Positions 37,435 to 47,521 of a DNA stretch of 64,000 bases are shown piece after piece. The stretch comes from Chitinophagaceae bacterium. GTDB lineage: Bacteria > Bacteroidota > Bacteroidia > Chitinophagales > Chitinophagaceae. The stretch lies in the NCBI GenBank assembly GCA_020403455.1, contig JADBXP010000021.1:9743-73742 (forward strand), written 5' to 3'. The notes beneath the pieces were generated by a model. That model searched no databases. It was given only the letters and a program-made list of their open reading frames with translations, and was not told the origin of the DNA. Made by a program: the position numbers and the translations under genes. How positions within the stretch are numbered: position 1 is the stretch's first letter; each line of letters starts with the position of its first letter.

Positions 37435-40329
37435 TTACAGACTCAGTTTAAATCCGAAGTTGAAACTTTTTAAAGGTGGATGAACAAAAATGTTCATGAT
37501 TTCAGGATCAACATCTATCTCATTGATTTTATCCCATGTGAACAGATTATTGCCTGAGATAAAAATGCGCATCTCATTCAAATGTGCTTTTTTGAGCTGC
37601 ACATTTTTAAATGTATATCCCAGTTCTATGTTCCTTAAGCGAAGGAAAGAGCCATTTCTCTGCCAAAGTGTAGACGGCCTATAGTTGTTTTCATTCGCTT
37701 CAGTAGTAAGGCGTGGAAATTGAGCAGCATCTCCTCTGGAAGGTGTCCAATAATTTTGAAATATCCAGTTAACTGGTCTTACTCCATTATTTAAGAATGG
37801 AATAATGATGTTGTTATCTAACAATGATACTGTTCTTGCTGCAGCACCTTGAAAAAATACATTAAAATCGAATCCCTTAAAAGAAAAACCACTGTTTAGA
37901 CTATAAAAAACAGATGGATAGGATGTATTTCCAATGGGCTGACGATCATTGTTATCGATAAAGCCATCGCCATTTTGATCTTTGTATTTTATATCACCCG
38001 GAACAACATTTCCAAATAATTGAATCGGACTATTTCTAATATCCGTTTGATCTTTGAAGAATCCAATAGCCTGAAGAACAAAGGGTTGATTGATGGGTTG
38101 TCCGGCAGCTCGCAGGTAATCAAATGGACGTGGTGGCTCTTGTATGGTGATGATTTTATTTTTAGCATAAGAAATCATACCAGTTATATAATAATTTACC
38201 TGACCAATTTTATCTTTCCAATTTAATTCCAATTCAAATCCACGGTTTTCGGTTTCACCCCGATTGGCATTGTTCATGGTCAACCCGGCAAGTGCAGATG
38301 TATAGTTGGATGGATTGATGAATATATCTTTTCTTCTTTCGAAAAAGAAATCAGCAGCAAAAGAAAGTTTTTTAAAAAGTAGGGCGTCCACACCGATATT
38401 CAGTCGCATTGCTTTTTCCCAGGTAACATTAGGGTTTGCGAGCGCTCCCTGATTGAACATGGGGGCATTAATGGAAAGGTTATTGCCGAGAAAATAATTT
38501 CCTGTTCCAACATAGAATTGATTGAAGATAAAGCGGCCAGAATTTCCTGCTCGATCGTTGCCTAATAAACCAGCAGAGGCGCGTAATTTTAGAAAGTCAA
38601 TCACCTTCGAAGAAGATAAAAATCTTTCTTTAGACAAAACCCATCCGGCAGATACACTTGGGAACATACCAAAACGGGCGCCGGGGGGGAAACTTTCAGA
38701 ACCCGCATAAGAGTAAGCAAATTCAGCAAAATATTTTTGCTGGTAATTGTACATAAATCTTCCAATCAATGATTGCTTAGCAAAAGGGGCTTGTGCACCA
38801 TCTGCATTCAATACTTCCTGAAAATACATGGCGGATGCATACAAATTATGGTTCCCCTTGGTGGCTGTATATTCTAGACCTGTCAATACATTCGTTCTAT
38901 TGACTTGGTTTCCTGTTCCCTGGGTAATTGTAAAATTATTGTCTGTATTACCTCTTAGTATTCCATCATAGGGCAATGGTCTGCCACCTACTGCTAAATC
39001 GAATCGAGGAATCATCTCTTCATAAAAATATCCCCGTGTTTTATTGTAGGTATCAAAATAAAAATTGTGGAAAAAAACCTGACCAAAAGCTTGAAGGCCT
39101 TTCACCGCAAAATCAAGTTTACCAATCACTTTTACACTGGCATCTACTGTTCGATCGTTGATGGTTTGATAGCCCCGCTGTTGAATGGTTGCTACAGGAT
39201 TTTCTGAATATCCCTGCGTTCCACCCCAATTCCCATTGGGAGTCTTCACCGGATAAGGTGTAAAAAGTGCCATTGACCTCCATAAAGTATTTTCATTTGC
39301 GTTAGGGAAGGATTTGTCAACCATGGTTCCTCTCAGCGATATTTCAGAACTAATATACCGATTGATATTTACATCAAAATTTGCCCTGATATTATATCTC
39401 TTCAAGTTATAATTAGTGTTGATGGTACGAGAACGATCTGAATTATTATATATTCCATCGTAGTTGGCAAAACCAAGGGCAACGAAGTATTTTGCATCAT
39501 TACCTCCCCCCTTAAAAGTTAGGGCATAATCCTGGCTAAGTGCATTAGGTTTAGTAACCTGGCTGTACCAGTCAACGTTAGGAAATAAGAAGGGCTCACT
39601 GCCATTTTTAAAATAGTTTTCAATTTCAGGTGTTCTGAAATAGCCCTCCGTCAATGCCTTTCCATCACTACGAAGTGCATTATTGAATAATTCCGCATAG
39701 AATCCATTGTCTAGAAATTTAGGCATTACAGTAGGTGAATGGACCCCCATTCTGGCCCTGAAATCAATTTGGGTTTTGCCTGCTTGATTAGCTCTCTTTG
39801 TCTTTATAAGTATGACTCCATTGGCAGCGTCCATGCCATATAAAGCAAGTGATACTGCATCCTTTAAAACAGTAACAGACTCTATTTCGTCAGGCAAAAG
39901 GTTTGACCAGTTAGTTTCGAAACCATCTACCAGCACCATTACACCATTGTCCTGAAAAGTTTGCCTTCCTCTTATAGACAAACCTGGTCCATCGTTGTTT
40001 CCCGGAGCACTTCCTGATTGAGATACGTGTAACCCCGCAAATCTCCCAAAAAATGTATTTCCAATATTGGGTGTATTGATTCTCATTAACTCATCTGAAC
40101 TTACCGTGGAAACGGAACCCATAATGGACGATCTTTGCTGTTCAGGACCAAAAGCGATGGGCTGAGGTTTTCCAAGAAAACTTTTGTCGAGAATTTTATT
40201 CAGATTTGAATCAGATGTCTTGTTAACCTGCGACATATTCATTTGTGCATTCAAGTGTAAACTGACCCCACCCGACAATAATATAATTGTCAAAGAGCTG
40301 AAAATTTTTTTGATTGATTTCTTATGCAT
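37435..40329 (-). CDS. SusC-type TonB-dependent transporter (pair 2), no obvious CarboxypepD_reg N-domain
   Basis: 964 aa. Plug region GLHVSQSGSAPGNNDGPGLSIRGRQTF and a C-terminal beta-barrel ending ...FNFGFKLSL. Confidence 0.9.
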   Translation of the reverse strand: MHKKSIKKIFSSLTIILLSGGVSLHLNAQMNMSQVNKTSDSNLNKILDKSFLGKPQPIAFGPEQQRSSIMGSVSTVSSDELMRINTPNIGNTFFGRFAGLHVSQSGSAPGNNDGPGLSIRGRQTFQDNGVMVLVDGFETNWSNLLPDEIESVTVLKDAVSLALYGMDAANGVILIKTKRANQAGKTQIDFRARMGVHSPTVMPKFLDNGFYAELFNNALRSDGKALTEGYFRTPEIENYFKNGSEPFLFPNVDWYSQVTKPNALSQDYALTFKGGGNDAKYFVALGFANYDGIYNNSDRSRTINTNYNLKRYNIRANFDVNINRYISSEISLRGTMVDKSFPNANENTLWRSMALFTPYPVKTPNGNWGGTQGYSENPVATIQQRGYQTINDRTVDASVKVIGKLDFAVKGLQAFGQVFFHNFYFDTYNKTRGYFYEEMIPRFDLAVGGRPLPYDGILRGNTDNNFTITQGTGNQVNRTNVLTGLEYTATKGNHNLYASAMYFQEVLNADGAQAPFAKQSLIGRFMYNYQQKYFAEFAYSYAGSESFPPGARFGMFPSVSAGWVLSKERFLSSSKVIDFLKLRASAGLLGNDRAGNSGRFIFNQFYVGTGNYFLGNNLSINAPMFNQGALANPNVTWEKAMRLNIGVDALLFKKLSFAADFFFERRKDIFINPSNYTSALAGLTMNNANRGETENRGFELELNWKDKIGQVNYYITGMISYAKNKIITIQEPPRPFDYLRAAGQPINQPFVLQAIGFFKDQTDIRNSPIQLFGNVVPGDIKYKDQNGDGFIDNNDRQPIGNTSYPSVFYSLNSGFSFKGFDFNVFFQGAAARTVSLLDNNIIIPFLNNGVRPVNWIFQNYWTPSRGDAAQFPRLTTEANENNYRPSTLWQRNGSFLRLRNIELGYTFKNVQLKKAHLNEMRIFISGNNLFTWDKINEIDVDPEIMNIFVHPPLKSFNFGFKLSL

Positions 40330-40359
40330 GATATAAGTATATTACTTGAAGAAAGTAGT

Positions 40360-42291
40360 TTACCAACCCGGATTTTGAACAAGAAATCCTTTGTTAACCT
40401 CAGATTGGGGGAAGGGAAAAAAATACATCTTGTCAGACCAAACCCTTGTTTCAAATCTTTCAATTCGATAAGAAAGTCTATTATCGTTTGCAAGTCGGGT
40501 GGCAGCATTCATTGCTGTAGTTGGAGCAACATAAGTTCCGGTTCCATTTTCGTGAAGAAATATTCTGAAAAATTCACCTTTCATCACACCTTCATCACCG
40601 GCAATCTTCCAACGTCGCACATCAAAAAATCGATGCTCTTCACCATAGAGTTCTATACCACGTTCTCTTCGAATGTATTCACGCATAGCAGATTGACTGG
40701 CTGTAATTTGATTGAACACAGGATTTCCGGCAGTAAGTGCTGGCAAACCCCCTCTTTGACGAATAAGATTTAATGCATTAATAATTTCACCCTGATTACC
40801 TCCGGCCTCGTTAAGTGCTTCTGCATAACCTAGGTAGAACTCAGGTAATCTAAAAATGGGCCAATACAGATCTAATGTACCGTTGACTGCATTTACCAGG
40901 TTAGTGAACTTTTTAACATGGAATCCATTGGGAACTCCCTGTCCGATTAATTGTGGACCGGCGCCTGTTTGAACGAAGTTACCACTCGCACTTCCCTGTC
41001 TATATACAAATTTTGCAGTATCATTACCTCCCTGACCATTCATGAGTCCTGTAAAAGTATATTGAGAACCTGGCCACCAGGCAGTTGCCTGGAACCGAGG
41101 CTCCATATTTCTTAGAATACTTTTCAATTGTGTGAAAGAACCCGTTGTCGGAATGGAAATATTATTACCATTAGCATCCCGATAAAAATTGACAAAATTT
41201 ATGGGCATGGCATGTACTACATTACCCCAGGAGAAATAGATGGGGCAAGTCCATCTAACCATATTGGCACCTCCGGCCTGACGACCATGAGAGCGGTTGA
41301 AGTGAATTATTTCTCTGTTGCGGGGATCCAAAGCCGCACCTGTTGCTATATTATAGCTTTCACGTTTACCTAGCGTTGGATCATCTAATAATCCGTAACC
41401 ATTGGCCAAAGCCCAATCAATCACTTCCTTGTTGGCTGCTGCTGCCTGTACCCACCTGTTAGGGTCATTACTACCCATACATAGCAGACTATCGATACCA
41501 GATGAAACTGGAGGCACTGCAGTGTTCACTAAGGGACTCGCAGCATATAATAAAGTAACAGCCTTCAAGGATAGTGCTGTACCCTTGGTAACTCTCCCCA
41601 GTTCTGTGTTGGGATAGCTATCTGGTAAAACAGCTACTGCTTCATCACAGCTTTTAACGATAAATTCAATAACAGATTTAAGACTTCTTCTGACACCCAA
41701 TGGCTTAACGACTGCAGAATTAATACCGCCATTATTAACTATTTCCACTTCAGGAGTTTTGTCGATTATGGGAATACCTCCATATCGTATCATCATTTCG
41801 TAATGCATCATGGCTCGAAGTATCTTAGCCTCGCCAATGGTTTGATTCTTTAATTGAGGAGTCCAGTTATTTAACCCTGTATTGATGGATGGTACCTTAT
41901 CAACGTTGTCTAAAAAAATACAGGCATTTCTGATACCTAGTGTAACCCGTCCGATCGAAAACTCATCAAGGTTGGAGGGGTCCCAAGTACCTGCATTAAA
42001 TCTATTTGCCCTACCACCGGTTCCGAACTGATCACCTTCATCACAAGCTGCCAGCAATAAGCCATCAACACAGGCAGCGTCTGAAAGACCAGAACCACCA
42101 TCTCCGGTGATAAATCCATTGACAACACAGGTTGCATACACATTGGTAAGCGCCCTCATTGCATTATCGGGATTGTTAAAGACGGAATCAACAGTGATTA
42201 CACTGCCATCAGGTTGCTCAAGAAATTTCTTGCAGGAACTCAAAGAGATCACAATAACTACAAGAAGAAAAAATGCACTTATACTCTTCAT
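40360..42291 (-). CDS. SusD/RagB family lipoprotein (pair 1)
   Basis: I chose the start MKSISAFFLLVVIVISLSSC (lipobox) at 42291. C-terminal motifs ERGIELYGEEHRFFDVRRW and FFPFPQSEV. Confidence 0.9.
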   Translation of the reverse strand: MKSISAFFLLVVIVISLSSCKKFLEQPDGSVITVDSVFNNPDNAMRALTNVYATCVVNGFITGDGGSGLSDAACVDGLLLAACDEGDQFGTGGRANRFNAGTWDPSNLDEFSIGRVTLGIRNACIFLDNVDKVPSINTGLNNWTPQLKNQTIGEAKILRAMMHYEMMIRYGGIPIIDKTPEVEIVNNGGINSAVVKPLGVRRSLKSVIEFIVKSCDEAVAVLPDSYPNTELGRVTKGTALSLKAVTLLYAASPLVNTAVPPVSSGIDSLLCMGSNDPNRWVQAAAANKEVIDWALANGYGLLDDPTLGKRESYNIATGAALDPRNREIIHFNRSHGRQAGGANMVRWTCPIYFSWGNVVHAMPINFVNFYRDANGNNISIPTTGSFTQLKSILRNMEPRFQATAWWPGSQYTFTGLMNGQGGNDTAKFVYRQGSASGNFVQTGAGPQLIGQGVPNGFHVKKFTNLVNAVNGTLDLYWPIFRLPEFYLGYAEALNEAGGNQGEIINALNLIRQRGGLPALTAGNPVFNQITASQSAMREYIRRERGIELYGEEHRFFDVRRWKIAGDEGVMKGEFFRIFLHENGTGTYVAPTTAMNAATRLANDNRLSYRIERFETRVWSDKMYFFPFPQSEVNKGFLVQNPGW

Positions 42292-42310
42292 ACAAATCTG
42301 ATTTTTTTGA

Positions 42311-45300
42311 TTAGAATTGAACATTTGCTCCCAGATTAAAAATGCGAGTCATGGGATAAATTGCTCCATTTGAACTTGGTATTTCAGGGTCAAAGAATGG
42401 CATCTTTGTCCAAGTCACCAGGTTCTGTCCACTTGCATACAATCTGAGTCCCTTCAAACCAAACATTCTAAGTTGGTTGGATGTAAATGTGTAACTGAAT
42501 TCAACGTTTTTAAGGCGCAGATAAGCAGCATCCTGCATCCAAAAAGAAGAAGGTCTGTAATTGTGCCGACCAACCTCCGGACTTGCAGTCAAGCGGGGAA
42601 GAGTGATTTTATCTCCTCTGAGATATCTTTCTTCAGACCAGCTTTGTTTGGCGGTTTCAAAAGCAGCTTTGGTTCCTGCAATAAATGGCCATGCAGCTTC
42701 ACCCTGTAAATATGTTGAAACATTCCCGGCTCCCTGGAAGAAAACTGATAATTCAAAACCTTTCCAATTGACACCAAAAGTTGCACCATAGATGATCTCA
42801 GGTATGTTGGGGTTCCCAATGTTGACCTGATCATTGTTATCTATGATACCATCTCCATTTACATCAGCATAGCTAATGTCACCGGGACGTAAACCAGTGC
42901 CTTCCCAAACAGATTTGGGTCTTTTGGGGTCATTGATTTGATCTAGGGTATTGAAAATTCCATTAGCCATTAAACCTTTGGGCTGCCCAATTCGATTGCC
43001 CGTCATAGCGAGTCCGGGAAAAGGTTGAGGAGCTTCATCCATATAAATAATCTTGTTACGTGCAAAAGTGTAATTCGCATTTACCCAATATTTTAATTTG
43101 CCTCCCTGCGCTTCATCTTTATATCCCAATTCGAATTCGACACCATTGTTTTTTACCTGACCAATGTTGTAAGGAGAAATAAGACTCAGGGAACCGAAAG
43201 TGATGGGTACATTCAAGTTCCAAAGAATATTTTCACGCTGCTCATTGAAAACATCTACACTAAAATTCATTTTATTGCTGAACAAACGAATATCAGCACC
43301 GATATTCCATTTAGTCGCAACTTCCCATGTTACATTGGGGTTTCCAATAGATGCCTCTCTGAAACTTCCGGAAGCAACGTTATTCAGACCAAAAAAATAT
43401 GAAGAACCTGATGTGAAAGAGGAAGGAAGGAATAAGAATCTATTTCCGCCGATTTTATCATTACCCACTTTACCGTAAGAACCTCTCAACTTCAAATAGG
43501 TCAATAGTTTCTGTTTCGGAATGAACTTTTCCTCTGTCAATACATAGCCCACAGAAAAGGACGGGAAAAATCCAAACTGTTTCCCAACAGCAAAATTCTC
43601 TGAGCCATTCAATCCGGCATTGAAATCAAAAAGATATTTATTGTTGTATGCATAAGAAAGTCTACCAACCAACCCGGCATAGTTAAAAGGCAGTTCATTG
43701 CCTCCGCTATAAAATCTTTCTACCATTCCCAACCCAAGGGCTGTAATATTATGGCCATTAAAATTTCTCGAATACTCCATTGCAGCCTCAGCATAGAATT
43801 TTCTGTTACGGGTGAATGATTCTCCCCCAAAATTGATAGGGCCCTCAAATTGATTAACAACGGGTATTGGCACAATCGAGTCCTGGAATGTTGTCGCATT
43901 TCTGTTACGCATCAAATCCCACATTGGAATTACTTTTGTCCTTCTAACTTGTTGGAGATAATAGCTGTCATAGGCCCCCATTGCACGGAACAATAACCCC
44001 TTGGTAATTTTATCCAACTTGTACCTAATAGCCAAGTTAGAATTGAACCGATTGCTGAAATTCCTGTTAAAGCCATTGAAAAGCATTTGATACAAGGGGG
44101 TATTTGAAATCTGAAAAGCAGTTAACCCTTCCACATTTCTCACTAATTTTCCCTGATAAAGAACAGGTGACATGATAGGGTTAGCAGAGAGAATGGTATT
44201 GAAAATATCACTGGTATTACTATTTGCATAGTTTGAAACGCCAATCTCAGAAGCTGCCTTTATTAATACTGTAATGTCCTCCGACAGATTGAAATCAAAG
44301 TTGGTTCTGATATTATACCGCTTGTAGTTCGGGTTGGCACTGAATTCATCGAATAGTCCACCCAATTTATAAGCCCCATCCTGGTTTAAATATCCCAGTG
44401 AAACGAAGTACTTAGAATCCTGACCTCCACCGCTAATATTGAGATTGTATAATTGTTGAGGGGCAGATTCTTTCAGCATATAATCAAACCAATTGATGTT
44501 TGGGTGAAAATATGGGTCATCCCCTTTTCTGAACCGCTCGATATCGTAATCAGAAAACTTTCTGGCACCCGGACCTACATCATTTGCCTCAGCCTCATTT
44601 CTGTAGATAGCATAATCTACTGCATCTAATAATTTAGGAAGACGAATAGGATTCTGTAGGGCAAAATTGGAAGAAAAAGAAAACTGTGGACGACCTTTTT
44701 GTCCGGTTTTAGTCGTAATAATAATAACCCCATTGGCACCCCGTACACCAAATACAGCAGTTGCAGATGCATCTTTTAAAATATTGAAACTTTCAATAGT
44801 ATATGGATCAATACCGGCCAAACTCCGCTCAACTCCATCTACTAGCACAAGGGGCCTTGTGCTATTTCCCCCTGCAAAAGTGGCAATACCACGAACATAA
44901 ATATCAGCGATATCTCTTCCCGGCTCACCACCTCTCTGTACTGCCAATACACCGGTAGTTCTTCCAGCTATAGCGTTGGCCACACTAGAAACCGGTGAAC
45001 GCAGAATTTCCTCACTTTTAACTGTAGAAATAGATCCAGTAACCGTTACTTTTCGTTGTGTTCCAAAACCTACAACCACCACCTCATCAATTGCTTTCAC
45101 TTCTGAGGCCAAAGTAATATTGATGATAGTTTGTCCGTTTAAGTTTCGTTCCATTACTGCAAAACCCAATGAAGAAAATACCAGAATGGCACTTCGATCA
45201 GGTACAGTTATTTTAAATTGCCCCTGTGCATTTGTGATTGTCTTTTCCGAAGAACCTTTAACGGATACAGATGCACCTTCAATGGCTTGTCCATCTGCAT

Positions 45301-45421
45301 TTTGCACAGTTCCTGAGACAGGAATGCGCTGAGCATGAACATCTTGATTAAAAAGTAAAACAGACAATGCCAACAACCAGGCACTAATTGTTGGATAGAA
45401 AGAGATTTCCCTTTTTCTCAT
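42311..45421 (-). CDS. SusC-type TonB-dependent transporter (pair 1) with CarboxypepD_reg-like N-domain
   Basis: 1036 aa. N-terminal VSGTVQNADGQAIEGASVSVKGSSEKTITNAQGQFKITV, a plug domain, and a C-terminal barrel ending NLGANVQF. Confidence 0.92.
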   Translation of the reverse strand: MRKREISFYPTISAWLLALSVLLFNQDVHAQRIPVSGTVQNADGQAIEGASVSVKGSSEKTITNAQGQFKITVPDRSAILVFSSLGFAVMERNLNGQTIINITLASEVKAIDEVVVVGFGTQRKVTVTGSISTVKSEEILRSPVSSVANAIAGRTTGVLAVQRGGEPGRDIADIYVRGIATFAGGNSTRPLVLVDGVERSLAGIDPYTIESFNILKDASATAVFGVRGANGVIIITTKTGQKGRPQFSFSSNFALQNPIRLPKLLDAVDYAIYRNEAEANDVGPGARKFSDYDIERFRKGDDPYFHPNINWFDYMLKESAPQQLYNLNISGGGQDSKYFVSLGYLNQDGAYKLGGLFDEFSANPNYKRYNIRTNFDFNLSEDITVLIKAASEIGVSNYANSNTSDIFNTILSANPIMSPVLYQGKLVRNVEGLTAFQISNTPLYQMLFNGFNRNFSNRFNSNLAIRYKLDKITKGLLFRAMGAYDSYYLQQVRRTKVIPMWDLMRNRNATTFQDSIVPIPVVNQFEGPINFGGESFTRNRKFYAEAAMEYSRNFNGHNITALGLGMVERFYSGGNELPFNYAGLVGRLSYAYNNKYLFDFNAGLNGSENFAVGKQFGFFPSFSVGYVLTEEKFIPKQKLLTYLKLRGSYGKVGNDKIGGNRFLFLPSSFTSGSSYFFGLNNVASGSFREASIGNPNVTWEVATKWNIGADIRLFSNKMNFSVDVFNEQRENILWNLNVPITFGSLSLISPYNIGQVKNNGVEFELGYKDEAQGGKLKYWVNANYTFARNKIIYMDEAPQPFPGLAMTGNRIGQPKGLMANGIFNTLDQINDPKRPKSVWEGTGLRPGDISYADVNGDGIIDNNDQVNIGNPNIPEIIYGATFGVNWKGFELSVFFQGAGNVSTYLQGEAAWPFIAGTKAAFETAKQSWSEERYLRGDKITLPRLTASPEVGRHNYRPSSFWMQDAAYLRLKNVEFSYTFTSNQLRMFGLKGLRLYASGQNLVTWTKMPFFDPEIPSSNGAIYPMTRIFNLGANVQF

Positions 45422-45518
45422 ATGGCAATCGAGTTTTGATGATAACCGGCTAAATTCCGGTTGACTGTTAAAAGTAGATTCAAATAACTATAAAAAACAT
45501 GCATAGAACGGGAAATTT

Positions 45519-45536
45519 AGCGCAAACGTTTGCGCT
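45519..45536. promoter_or_regulatory. LacI-family operator, perfect 18-bp palindrome AGCGCAAACGTTTGCGCT
   Basis: The sequence is its own reverse complement, with the central AACGTT core typical of LacI/GalR operators. Lies in the divergent region between the first PUL gene (start 45421) and the LacI gene (start 45603). Confidence 0.7.
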
Positions 45537-45602
45537 CAGTTAAAATCATCCTGCCAATTATGATAACTATCCTTTAATTTGTATACCTGAATTAACAACA
45601 AT

Positions 45603-46625
45603 ATGGAACAGGTAACCATAAAAGACATAGCTCGGATATTAAACATCTCTGCTTCTACGGTCAGCAGAGCCCTTAAGGGTAGTCCGGAAATCAGCAAGGC
45701 AACCATTGAACTAGTAAAAGAAACGGCTAAAAGACTGAACTATCAACCTAATAAAGCTGCTTTAAGTCTCTTACATATCAAAACTCGAACCATAGGTGTT
45801 GTGGTACCCAACCTCGGATATAGTTTTTTTTCCCTTGCCTTGCAAGGAATTGAAGAAGAGGCCTCACAACGAGGCTATACTGTAATTGCAAGTCAGTCAC
45901 TCGAATCAGAAGAAAAAGAAATTCGCAACATCATAGATATGAAAAGAATTGGTGTAGACGGAATCCTTATTTCGTTGGCACAATACAGTAGTCAATTGAA
46001 CCACTTAATGGACATTCAATCACAGATGCCAGTTGTTTTGTTTGACAGGGTATCTGATACCATTCGTTCATCTAAAATATATGTCAACAATCTTACCGGG
46101 GCATTCAGTGCTGTTGAACATCTGATTAAAATTGGGTGCAGGAGAATTGCCTATATGGGTGGACCAAAGGGTTTACTCATTAGCAACCGTAGAAGAGATG
46201 GCTACACAATGGCCTTATTCAGGCACAATAGAAAAATCGATGAGAGCCTTATTGTTCACAGCGAATTTGATCACAATTATGCTGTTAAAACTGCCCTTAA
46301 GTTGTTAAAAAGAAAAGATCGGCCCGATGGTATATTCGCCGTAAGCGACCGGGTAGCAATCGGAGCAATTGCCGCAGCAAAAAAATTACAGCTTCGAATA
46401 CCTCAAGATGTTGCCATCATTGGTTTTAATGATGAGCCTATTGCATCATTAATCTCACCATCACTGACAAGCGTTAAACAACCTGCATTTGATATGGGGA
46501 AAATGGCTGCCCAACTTCTGATTGACGAAATTGAATATGTTGGAAAATACCAACATGTAAGTAAATCTTATCCAACCAAATTGATGATCAGAGAGTCAAC
46601 CAAAAAAACAAGCATAAAAAATTAG
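45603..46625 (+). CDS. LacI family transcriptional regulator
   Basis: 340 aa. N-terminal HTH VTIKDIARILNISASTVSRALKG, then a periplasmic-binding-protein-like sugar-binding core. Confidence 0.9.
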   Translation: MEQVTIKDIARILNISASTVSRALKGSPEISKATIELVKETAKRLNYQPNKAALSLLHIKTRTIGVVVPNLGYSFFSLALQGIEEEASQRGYTVIASQSLESEEKEIRNIIDMKRIGVDGILISLAQYSSQLNHLMDIQSQMPVVLFDRVSDTIRSSKIYVNNLTGAFSAVEHLIKIGCRRIAYMGGPKGLLISNRRRDGYTMALFRHNRKIDESLIVHSEFDHNYAVKTALKLLKRKDRPDGIFAVSDRVAIGAIAAAKKLQLRIPQDVAIIGFNDEPIASLISPSLTSVKQPAFDMGKMAAQLLIDEIEYVGKYQHVSKSYPTKLMIRESTKKTSIKN

Positions 46626-46732
46626 CTAATTAATTCAATACTTTTTCCTAATAAGAAAATAAACAATTTATACCCAAGATTCTAATTTGATTGCTTCCAG
46701 TCAATTAAGGTATAGTATTCAATAAAATTACA

Positions 46733-47494
46733 CTATTTCAGCGCCCGAATAATAGCAGCGAACTCTTTTGCAATGAGGGATGCCCCTCCTACCAGTCCGC
46801 CATCAACATCGGGTTGTTGGAATATTTCAACAGCATTGGAAGCTTTCACACTTCCACCATATAAAATAGAAACGCCATCGGCCAGTGCTTGTCCATATTG
46901 CGTTGCCAATTGTGAACGTATGTAGGCATGCATCTCTTGTGCTTGTTCACTGGTAGCCGTTTTCCCGGTTCCGATCGCCCAGATGGGTTCATAAGCGATC
47001 ACCACTTTACTCATTTGCTCAGCAGTGAGCTGATACAATGAAGCTTTCAGTTGCTCAGCAACAAAATCATTTTGCGTTCCGGCTTCGCGCACAGGCAAAG
47101 GCTCTCCGCAACAAAAAATGGGTGTCATTCCAAACTCCAGCGCCAAGTCCACTTTTTTTGCCAACAAAGCATTGTCTTCACCAAAGATCTCACGGCGCTC
47201 TGAGTGTCCGATGATAACATGGTGTACCCCTATAGATGTCAGCATCTCGACAGATATCTCCCCGGTGAATGCCCCACTTTTTTGTGCATAGCAATTCTGT
47301 GCGGCTATGCTGAATCCTGCTACTTCTTTAAATGCTTCTGTAGTAAACTGCAAATAAGGGGCCGGTACTGCTAATACAACAGAGCGGTGATCAGTTATGT
47401 CGAATTGCTCAGATTTCAGTTCTGTAATGAATGCTTGTGCCTGTGAAAAATTAAGGTTCATTTTCCAGTTGGCAGCAGCTATTTGTTTTCGCAT
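46733..47494 (-). CDS. tpiA: triosephosphate isomerase
   Basis: 253 aa. Motifs AANWKMN, IGHSERR, AYEPIWAIGTG and YGGS. Confidence 0.95.
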   Translation of the reverse strand: MRKQIAAANWKMNLNFSQAQAFITELKSEQFDITDHRSVVLAVPAPYLQFTTEAFKEVAGFSIAAQNCYAQKSGAFTGEISVEMLTSIGVHHVIIGHSERREIFGEDNALLAKKVDLALEFGMTPIFCCGEPLPVREAGTQNDFVAEQLKASLYQLTAEQMSKVVIAYEPIWAIGTGKTATSEQAQEMHAYIRSQLATQYGQALADGVSILYGGSVKASNAVEIFQQPDVDGGLVGGASLIAKEFAAIIRALK

Positions 47495-47521
47495 GGGTGA
47501 AGATATTCTTGTGAAGAGATT

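Noticed and set aside
40324-40773. 149-aa plus-strand ORF spanning the SusC/SusD junction.
   Set aside because: It is entirely antisense to well-supported SusC and SusD genes, with no independent support.
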